From positions 27,069 to 91,068 of the IMG/VR virus record IMGVR_UViG_3300027782_003987: a stretch of DNA of 64,000 nucleotides; one strand, written 5' to 3'. Each line of letters opens with the position of its first letter. Positions within the stretch are counted from its first letter, which is position 1. The DNA comes from a virus. Taxonomy: Duplodnaviria > Heunggongvirae > Uroviricota > Caudoviricetes. The notes beneath the pieces were generated by a model. That model made no database searches and was not told the origin of the DNA. It saw only the letters and a program-made list of their open reading frames with translations. The translations under genes were made by a program, and so were the position numbers. Positions 1-12,000 of the stretch are shown here, one piece after another.

Positions 1-3000
1 AACATTGGTGATATTGTATTTGATAATAATCTCTATGTGGATACATTCATCTACACTCGAGACAATATCAGCACAACTGAGAACATCAGCAAAGGTTATG
101 TGAAACAGTATGCCGATAGAACTGTATATCAAAAGGAGATTGGGTGGCAACGGGCCGCGGTCAAGAGCCAGATTTATCAACAATTTAGTTTTACCTATGC
201 TCCGGTGGCCATCAGCGGTTACATAAATGAAACCACACTCACAGTCACTACTGCTCCTGCCGACGGATCATCCTTGCAGATAGGGCAAGAATTAAGAGGC
301 AAAGGCGTGACCGCAGGCACAGAGATTACTGGACTGATCAGCGGCACAGGTGGAACAGGAACCTACTCAGTAAGCATTTCTCAGACTGTGCTACCCACTG
401 CAATCACAGCAACAACACCATTTATCTTGGATGTGGCTGTTTTACTCAATGGCCCCATACCAAGTATTAAACTTTACGCCACGAGCATTTCACAGAATTA
501 CAGCAGTCAGTTCCAAGATCCAGGAACATATACTATTACCACTTCAGATAATAACACAGTGGTAAGAATCAATACCAATACAGAATTAGTGTATGGTGAC
601 ATAGTAGAAATACTGGCATTGAGTGATCAAGTCAGCAACGTGGGATTTTATCAAGTTCCTATCAACTTGGAAAATAATCCATTGAACGGTAATAGCCCAT
701 ATCTCACACTGGGTACTATCAGAACACATTACGATAGCATCGCACAGAATCTTGTGAATTTGACCGGATCGGTAAATGGTGCAAACAATACCAGAGATCT
801 AGGCAATATCATTCCTTATGGATTGATCATATTGCAACAAAGTTCACCAATGACTCTGGCCGGATATTTCTTACGCGAGCCGGACTACAATATTTTTGCT
901 TCGCTGGAATACAATTCCAGAGAATATCAAAAATTCAAAGCACAGTTTTTGAATCAGGCTGCTGCCGGTGATTATGTAAACATGACCATACCGGACATAC
1001 TCAATGCAGTATTTGATGAAATTAACATCGCCCGCAACAGTTCAAACTCATTCTATTGGTCAGACATGTTGCCTATCGGCACAGTTTACACCGAAACACA
1101 GACCACAGTGACGCCAATCACTACACAGATTTTTGATCTTAACCAGGTATACAATTACACATCAGCTAACTACCAGGCCTTGCTGGTATATCTTAGCGGG
1201 CAATATACCAATGGCGAAAGCCGACTATTGACACGAGATGTTGAATACATAGTCAGCACTGATGCTCCTACGATCACTATCTTGGTGCCATTGACCACCG
1301 GCGATGTTGTTACCATACAAGAATATGAAGCAACCTATGGCAGTTATGTTCCTAACACTCCGACTAAATTGGGATTGTATCCTGCGTATGTTCCTGAAAT
1401 CTTTTTAGATACCACCTATGTAGAACCAATTTTTGTGATCCGAGGACATGATGGTTCGATCACTAGAGCGTTCAACGACTTCCGTGATGCTTTGTTGTTG
1501 GAATACGAGACCAGGATTTATAACAATTTAAAACTTGATGGCAATCCTATACCACTCACCGCAGCAGAAGTGATACCGGGACAATTCCGCACCACTGACT
1601 ATTCTCTGGCGGAGATACAAGACATATTGAATCAAGATTTCTTAGCTTGGGTAGGATGGAACAAACTAGATTACAAAACACAGGATTACATAAAAACCAA
1701 TCAGTTCACTTGGAACTATTCTACAGCGGCAAACAAACTTACTAATAATCAACCACTGGTTGTTGGCGCCTGGCGCGGCATCTACAACTATTTCTACGAC
1801 ACAATCTATCCAACCACTAGACCTTGGGAGATGTTGGGCTTTAGTGAAATTCCTGTGTGGTGGATAAACGAATACGGCCCTCCACCATATACTTCAGGTA
1901 ACTTGGTGCTGTGGGGAGATCTCGCAGCTGGTCTAGTTCGCGATCCAGTAGCAAATTATATACGCCCCGAGTATGTGCGCCCGGGATTGTTAAACGTAAT
2001 ACCTGCAGGCAGCGAAGGTGAATTGCTAAGTCCTATGCAATGTGTGGTAGCCAATTTCAACAGCAACGACTTCCAGAAGAGCTGGGTAGCCGGCGACGAC
2101 GGCCCTGTGGAAAATGCTTGGAGAACTTCAAGCGCATATCCTTTTGCTATCATGAGATTGTTGGCGCTGACCCGCCCCGCAGAATTCTTCTCATTGTTTG
2201 CCGACAGAGATCTTTACAGATTTGACACTGACTACGATCAGTATCTATACAATCAGCGTTATAGATTGGATGCCAATGGTGTGGAAATCTATGGCAACGG
2301 CACCAGCAAAGCCAGCTACATTGATTGGATCGTGGATTTCAATAGACAACGAGGCATCAATTCTACCGATGCTCTCACTGCTGATCTCAAGAATCTCGAC
2401 GTGAGATTGTGCTATAGGATGGCCAGTTTCTCTGCCAAGAATCTATTGGGTGTTTACACAGAACAGAGCAGCCCCAACAGTTCAAATTCCAGTCTGTTGT
2501 TGCCCGACGATAGTTACAACCTGTTATTTTACAAAAATGTGCCATTTGGTGAACTCACATATTCAAGTGTGATTGTTCAAGTAACCGAAACAGGTTGGCA
2601 AGTGTTTGGTTACAATCAGAGTCGCCCGTATTTCAATATTTTACAAAGCCGCGTGAGTGGAACATTGGCTGAAATTTCAGCAGGTGGCAGCACGGTTCGT
2701 GTTCCAGTAGAATACAACAATAACGTGGTGCAAATTCCGTATGCATACGAGTTTATAAATCGCACCCTGGTGGTTGATTTCTTGTTGAGCTATGGTGCTC
2801 TGCTACAACAACAGGGCATGATATTTAAAAATCTGGAAAATGGATATGTATTAGACTGGAACCAGATGGCCAGCGAATTCTTGTATTGGAGCAATCAAGG
2901 CTGGTCACCAGGATCAATTATCAATCTTAACCCAAATGCCAGTCAGTTCTTGGTTGAAAAACCCGGCGCTATTGTAGAAAGTATTGCTGCACAAACTGTA

Positions 3001-6000
3001 GAGAACATGGTACTCACAGCCAATGGTACTCAATACAACGCTAGAGATCTAGTGGTTGATCGAGTCGACAATGTGTTCAGTGTCACAAGCCTCAGTAGAG
3101 AAACCATCAACTTCCTCAATATCAAGTTTACCAGTTATGAAAGCATGATTGTATTGGATAACACCAGTATTTTCAATGACTTGATTTATAATCCCATCAC
3201 AGGGGCCAGACAGAGTCGTATAAGATTGGTAGGATGGAATACCACACAGTGGAACGGTCAACTCAATGCTCCTGGTTTTATTTTGAATCAAGACAACATC
3301 GAGTCTTGGAATCCGTTGAAGAAATATTCTCGCGGTGAGATAGTAAAATGGAAAAATACCTACTACAGCGCGATAGACATAGTCCAACCGTCAAGCAAAT
3401 TTGAAATCACCAATTGGGTTGTTTCTGATTACACACGCATACAGCAAGGCTTATTGCCCAATGCTGCCAACAAGAGCGATCAATTGGCCAACAGTTACAA
3501 TGTTTATAGTGCCAATCTTGAACTTAATCAAGACTTGTTTTCTTATGCATTGATTGGATGGAAGCCAAGACAATACATGGTAAATCTAGAATTAGATTCC
3601 ACCAGCCAAGTCCAATTGTATCAACAATTCTTAGGAACTAAAGGAACTTTACGTGCTGCTGATGTATTCTCATTTGCTGATCTAGGTCGAGGTGTGGCTC
3701 AATATGACATTTACGAAAATTGGGCCATCCTGAGAGGAACTTATGGAGCCAATGCTAACCGTAGTTTCTACGAACTACAACTGAACGAAGCATTGCTCAC
3801 AGCAAACCCTAGCACTATACAAGTGATAGAAACCGGGGAAAGCAGCGAAGCAAACCAAACTGTATTGGTGAGTGATTTGTGGAAGAGCAGTTATAAGATA
3901 ACTTCTCCAAATATCTTAACCACAGAGATCATACCTCTCACTGACACAGCATTACCTAGTGCCGGTTATGTTAATTTCGAAGATGTTGACATCACAGTGT
4001 TTGATCTCACTATTCCCATCAACCTAGATATAAATCTAAATGATATTGTGCTAGGCGCTACCATCTGGGCTGCCAAAATCAATGATTATGATTGGGGTAT
4101 CTACAGGATCAATACTCTGCCCGGATATCTACGATCAGTTACTGCCAACCTTGATGGTACCAGTGTGTTTACATTTACCCATCCACATGGTATTTCAACT
4201 GTTGATGCGACCACTGCAAATCTCACGTTTATAGTAAGATACTTTGCTGATCAGGTTGATGGAACTTATAAAATATTGAATGCTCCAAGTATTACTCAAT
4301 TGGTAGCAGTGTTCTCTTTTGCCAATAGCAACCAAGTCAGCGAAAGTGGTAATGGTATTGGATTTGTGTTACAGACTCAACGTGTTAGCCAAGCCAGCGA
4401 TACAGTTAATTTACCATATGCAAATAGTCTGATTCCGGGCAATAAAGTTTGGGTAGATAATAATGGTCTTGGACTGTGGCAGGTATTAGAAAAGCAAGAG
4501 GTGTTTACCTCGGCAACCGAAGTCAAGGCTCAGGTTCCTATAACCGACAGTTTATTTGGGAATAGTGTAGCACAAAGCAACAATAATCTATACGCCATAG
4601 TTGGAAGTCCTGGATATGGGTCGTCAGTTGGAGTAGTGTATACCTATATACGAACAGCCACCAACCCATTACAAGAAAATTCTATCCTTGAATTAAGTGG
4701 AGTTCCGGACGTATTTCTATTTGGGTGGGCTGTTAGTATAGGTGACCAAATTTGGCAAGTAGTTGGTGCACCGGCCAGTTACAATGACAGTGGATATGCA
4801 GCGGTATATTACAGAAGACCCGGGTCAAATGATTTTACCAACACAGCATTGCTCACAGCGCCTGACACAGATTTAACATTGTCGGCAGAATTTGGTTACA
4901 GCGTGGCGATAAGCCGCGATGAGCATTGGATGTATATTGGTGCTCCAGGAGTTAACAAAGTATTTGCATATGGACTGGTTGAAGTTCAATCTCAAACAGT
5001 ATCATATGTGACCAATGGGACTACCGCAATTTACAACTATAGTGATAGTATTGTAGTCAATTCAGCATATCCCGGACAACTCACTGTGGTATTGAATAAT
5101 CAATTACTGACTTATGGGTCGGACTATACACAGACAGCCACTAACATTGTTCTTAATTCGATTCCGCCTACACAGTTAGGATTGACGATCAGTCGTAGAA
5201 CTTCAGCATCATATACCAGTGATGGATCAACAAATGAATTTTCATTACAGGACTATCTATACACTGCTACTAATATCTATAGCGCGATAGTATTTGTAAA
5301 TGGGGTCACACAACGACCAAACATTGACTACGAATATATATTTGATGACAGCTCATACGGGTATGCAATATCATTTTTTGACGCACCGCCCCCAGATGCT
5401 GACATCATTATAACTGCCAACAGCTATTACACATTAGCTGACACCATAGAATTTACTATTCCGGTCACAGCTTCTATCTCAGGTTCTGTGATGACAGTGA
5501 CTAACACATCAATTGGCAGTCCACTACTTACAAAAGGTATGAAGCTCAGTGGAACTGGCGTGAGTAGCATACCTGAAACTACAATCACTGATTTCATCTC
5601 GGGCACCGGTGGTACCGGAACATACACAGTATACCCTAGCCAGTCTGTAGCATCCACTACTATCACAGCTAGATTGCCCGACACTGCTAGATTTGGCCAC
5701 AGCGTGGCTTGCACCGTTGATGGTCGACAGGTCATGATTGGCACACCCAACGATCGTTATGACAGCATAGCGGATGCCGGTGCAGTATATGTTTACGATC
5801 GTTCAGTGCAGAACATTGTGATAACCAATGCTTCGCAAACATCTTATACAGTGGCCGGTGGTGTATTGGTTGATCCTACTTTTGTGTCTCTAAACAATGA
5901 ATTCTTGGTCAATACCCAGGACAACATAGGTGGCACATTCACCGTCGCAGACGACCAGTATGGTAAACCTGAAGTTATAGTTAATGCGACCCTAGCAGTG

Positions 6001-9000
6001 GGTGATGTTCTACAAATTCAACCCAACACCTTCAATCTATTACAGATCATAAATGCCAACACGCCATCAAATTCAGCATTTGGATCAGCTGTGGATATCT
6101 GCCGATACAGTTGCAGTCTATACACTGGAGCACCCAATGATAGCTCTGTATTACCTTACGCTGGATCAGCGCAACGCAATGTAAATCAAAGCCGTGTGTA
6201 TGGTGTTATCACCAGTTTAAATACCAATCCAAGATTGCAGCCAGGTCAGAGTATAAGAATCAATGATCAAGAAGTGATCATGAGTGTGCTCACTCAATGG
6301 AATATAAACTTAGCCTGGCCGATCAATACTATAGTCCAATATGATCTGGGCGTGTACCGTTCAATCAAAGCAGTCCCGGTAGGAACAGCCATAACTGATA
6401 CCAAATATTGGCAACAAAGCACCTGGGTAGCCAGCCTAGTCAATGATATCAACTCGTCGGGCATTGCAAACATCATCGCCAGTACCGGATTGCCCGGAAC
6501 ATCCACGTTTGGATTGTTAACTGTTAGTGTAAAAAACATATTGGCCGCAGAAGAAGGCAACCGACTCACAGTGCTACCAGGATTGATAGGTGACATGTTC
6601 CAACGTCTGGGATACAACACATTTGTTTATACACAGACTATCACCAGTCCATTGCCTGTGTTGAATGCTGAATTTGGTTCCGCGTTGACCATTGATACAT
6701 CGGCATTGACTTTGACTGTGGGTGCCCCAGCAGGCAATCTATATCGTCCCAATACCTTTGACAAGGGTGACACATATTTCGATGGACGTACAACTACATT
6801 CAGCGGGCCCTTAAATCAAAGTGGTGCCGTGTACACTTATGATTATCTACGTAGTGCAGCTGACTCCGTCAGTAATCCAGGCAAGTTTGTGTTTGGACAG
6901 CAGATTTATGATCAGCGAGTTCGAGAGCTAGATCGATTTGGAACAGCAATAAGTTACACCAATGGACTGTTGTTGATAGGTAGTCCAGGCAGCGATTTGA
7001 ATGATAGCACTCTGTCAGAAATGAATTACGGTCGTGTGGCTGTGTTTAAAAATGCCACCCTCACTCCGGCGTGGACAGTGATACGTGAACAAGTCCCAGT
7101 GGTAAACACAGCACTGATCAATTCAGTTTACAGCTACAGTTCTAGAACTGGAGCAACTACTACATATTTTGATTTTATTGATCCGTTACAAGGTAAGATA
7201 CTAGGTGCTGCTGCTGAGAATCTCAATTACACTGGAGTGGTTGATCCTGCGGCGTATAATGTGGGTCCTATAAACAATCAAGGTCAAAGTTGGCTTGCCG
7301 CGCATGTGGGCGAGCTATGGTGGGATACCAGTCGTGTGAGATTCATTGATCCCAATCAAGACAATATCACATATGCGTCACGCCGCTGGGGCCAGGTATT
7401 TCCTGGATCAAACATAAATGTATATCAATGGATTGGTAGTTCTGTGCCTCCAGGTAATTATACAGGCCCCGGTACCCCTAAAAACATCATAAGTTACAAT
7501 GTTGTTTCCGGAGTCAATGACAGCGGAATGATCGAAACAACGTATTATTTCTGGGTGCAAGGTATCACTACCATAGATACTCGAGCTGGTAAAACTCTAA
7601 GTTCTCAAGGAGTGGCAAGATACATTGCTGATCCTCGTGCATCTGGAATACCTTACGTGGCATTCTTAACTGCCGGTGCTACTGCCATATACAATGCTGG
7701 GTCAAACATATCCGCACAAGATACTATACTCAGTATTGAATATGATCAACAGCTCACAGACAGCAATGTTCACGTTCAGTACAGTTTGGTTCCTCAGAAT
7801 CGTGCTGATGGGTTTCTTCCTGACAATCTGTATCTCAAATTTCAAGACAGTCTGTGCGGGGTAAATTCCACTGGTGCCAAAGTTCCTGATGTCACTCTGA
7901 GTTTGGCTAATCGTTATGGAGTGCAATTTAGTCCGCGTCAGAGCATGTTTGAGGATAGATTCTTAGCTCTGAAGAACTATTTTGGGCGAGCAAATTCGAT
8001 ATTAGCAAAGTTTCCAATCACAGAGATTCGTAGTTTTGCATTGTTGAACAGCAAAGAACCTGAACCTCCAGCAGGAACCGGTGAATGGGACAAGAGAGTT
8101 GCCAATATTGAAGAACTCAGCTATCAGAACTTTGTACAGGTTCCAGTAGGATACCTATATCTAGTGGTTAGTGATTCTGTACAAAACGGCCTTTGGGCGA
8201 TCTATGAGGTCACCACAGCAAAAACATTCGCCACGCTGTTATTGACGAGAGTACAGAATTACGATACTAGCAAATATTGGAATCATATTAACTGGTATCT
8301 TCCTGATTATGATCCTAGCAAACAGATCGTTACTACAGTAGCAGTATACAGTGATCTCAGCAAACTGAGCCTGTATCAAGCACCAGTGGGATCCAGTGTG
8401 CGGGTCACTGCTAATTCACAAAACAAGTGGGAAATATATCTGCGCTTGACTGCTGATAACTGGGAACGTGTAGGACTTCAAGATGGCACCATAGAAATTT
8501 CTTCATTGCTGTGGGATTATAAGGCTGCTGGATTTGGATTTGATTCACAAGTATTTGATAGTCAATACTTTGATCAAGAGCCAGTGATTGAAACTCGACG
8601 TATAATCCAAGCCATCAATCAGGAATTACTGGTTGACGAACTCTTAATCGAGCGCAACCGCGCATTGATGTTGATGTTCAACTTTGTTCTGTCAGAGTTC
8701 TTGGCACCTAACTGGTTAACAAAAACTTCATTGATTGACGTGGATCATACCATACGCGAATTGCTGGCATTCCAAACATATCGCAAAGACAATCAAGATT
8801 TCGTGGTTGATTACATACAAGAAATTAAACCATACCATGTGCAAATACGTGAGTTGAATCTGATCTATAACGGATTAGATGATTATCAAGGCACGTTGAC
8901 AGACTTTGATGTTCCTGCATATTACGATACTAGTGTTATACCCAATCAATTTGTTAGCCCTATACTCACACCTTATGCGGTGAGCACTGCGGTAGGCACA

Positions 9001-12000
9001 GGGACCCCTAGCGATGTCAGTGATACTGCATCTAGTAGCTTGATATGGCAAGATCAACCTTGGAATTTCTGGTATCAGAACTATACTCTTGCTGTGGTGG
9101 GTGCTATAGTAGCCGAGGCCGGATCAGGATACACAGTTGCGCCCGTGGCAACGGTCACCGGTGACTGCGTGAGTCCTGCTGTGATCACAGTTAACATAAA
9201 TGGCTCGGGCAACATAACCGGAGTTACGATCGTTGATCCAGGCATTGGGTATATCACCACAGCAATAATAACATTGAGCGGTGGTAATGGCACTGGCGGG
9301 CAATTGGTAGCCATCATGGCCGGGCCAGGGCAAGGTGAAAATACCGATCCTACCGCAGGAACTACAGGAGAAACACAATACTATAATTTGGTTCGCAGTT
9401 TCAATCTCACCATGAGGTATGATAGATACCAATACGCATCTACCATTGTTGATTGGGAAGCAAACGTGTCATACAACAACGGTACCCTGGTGCGCTATGA
9501 TAACAGAGTATGGGAAGCTAATAGTCCAACGATTCCTGTCACAGCTTCTATAGCAAGTTCAGTGATGACAGTGAGTATCATACCAAATGGTAGTCCAGCA
9601 CTTGCGATAGGTATGATACTCAGTATAACTGGAGTAACCGGCGACCCCACAATCATTGGTTCAATCATTGGTTTTCTCTCGGGCACCGGTGGCGTTGGAA
9701 CATACACAGTGTCACCGGGACAGACCGTGCTAACCACCACTATCACAGCAAGATCCACAACGGTAGAATCTGCTACATTTGATCCTGCATATTGGTTGCT
9801 GGTAAATGCTGGCACTTATTCATACCCGTTAAATCTCAATGTTGCAACTGGATTCCCAGTCAATACTGGATTGAGTGGTGTAGATCGAACCATGGGATTA
9901 TATATTCCATCTGTAAATGAACCAGGATTAGATTTAAATCTGCTGATTGATGGAATAACATATCCGGGTGTGCAAGTGTCTGCACCAACATTTAGCCAGA
10001 ACACCGGATTTGATGTGGGCAATTTTGATATCAACCCGTTTGATAACATATCTTTTGGTCCAGAAGGACGTCCTACTTACGACCCAGGTATATTAGATAC
10101 CATATATGAAAGCAATTTTCTCGATACCTATCTTGGACTACGTGCCACTGACATCAATGTAGTAGGCGGTGAATTCGTTGGACCATACGAAAGTCATGCT
10201 CCCGAAGAGCTAGTTCCTGGTTCAGAGTTTGACACATTAGATTTCCGTGTTTATACCCGCCCAGGATCAGATTGGGATGAAAATGGTCATGGATTCAGCT
10301 GGAAGACCATTAAATGGATATATAACAGCACCACAGCATATACACAGAGTTTTGCCGGCCTTGCGCTTAACCCAGTTCAGATACGTGTGACCAATCAGAC
10401 ACAGGGGCGAGATCTCATACAAGGAATAGCGTATACTGTGGATTGGGTAAATCAGGTTGTGGAAATTATTCCTAGTGTGAGCGCACCTCCAGCTGCCAAC
10501 GGTAACATTCTAGTTGTTAGTTCTTTTGGCATTGGCGGCGGCAATCAGCTCTATAAAAACATTTACAATGGCGCAGATATTTCAAATCCATTGAACATTC
10601 CAGTGGCACGAGTTGAAATTTTTGAGCTAGTGATCTTTGTGAATGGTGTGTTGATAAATGATTACACATATTCCGCAGGATTCAATCGAACTACAAATAT
10701 CGTGTTTGGTAACACTTACACGTCAACAGACGAGATAAATGTCACAGCCATTGGGACCACTAGTGGATCGTTGACATACACTTGGTCCACTCCACAGACA
10801 CAATACTTTGTGAGTTATGGGCAATTAGATTACATGCTGGACAATTCCATGTCCGGAACCAATATCTCTAACTTGGTAGTAGAAGTCAATGGTATTCGCG
10901 CAAGACCTCCTGAAGGTGCGATGTATGTTGCTGACGGTAGTTCGGGATATGCCCTGCCCAATCGCGGCGGATATAGTTTAGCACTAGTAGCAGACAATGA
11001 AGTCCTTGTGTATGTCGACAATGAAAAACTCACATTGGGCAGCGATTATATCGTAGAGCCATATACCGGCAATGACACTAGATATGTAGATTTTGCTGTG
11101 GCTCCTGCTACAGGTTCGGAAGTTTTGATCAGTGTGACCACCAAAGCAGATTACGTGATCATTGACGATGGCAGTAGCATCATGGATAACTATACCTTGG
11201 TATTCCGCACATCTGGTGGTTTCTATCCTCAATATGGTGACATCGTTGGTGTGACATCATGGAATGACACAGCACAACAAAGCATAGTGACATTGTTGTG
11301 GCAAGGACCAGTGATCGAGGGCACAGGAGCAAATGAACCTTTTGATAGCACAAATTTTGATGTAGGCACTGTGACTGGCGAAGCTGGTAGCTTTGACTAT
11401 ACCGCGGAGGTCCAGGTAATTGTAAATGATTTCCAATTGGGCAGAATTATCACTGATCCTACACGTATGTGGGTCACAAAGAATGGTGTTCGCATTTTCT
11501 ACAGTGATGACTATTTGATTGTTGGGGAACAATTGATATTACATGGTCCACCGATTGGAGTGACCGACGTTGTTGTTGCTCAATTGTTTACCGATTCAGT
11601 TGTGCCCGAAGCCATGGAATTCCGTATATTCCAAGACATGCGTGGAATACAAGCTACCTATCGTATGACTCCAAATACCACAACTGTATTAGTTCAACCG
11701 TTGCTGGCCGACCAAGATATCATTTATGTGGACAATGCTGATGCATTAACACAGCCTAATTTGGCAATCAATATCTGGGGAGTGATCACAATCAACGGTG
11801 AGCGCATCATGTATCGCGAGTTGGATACTGCTAACAACACGGTCAGCAGTTTGATGCGCGGAACAGCAGGCACAGCAGTCGCAGACCACGTGAATGGATC
11901 CACAGTCTACAACATAGGAATTGGTAATCTTGCTCCAGTTGAATATCAAGATCGTGTGATCTATACAAATACCCTAGGCGACGGCAGCACTACAACATTC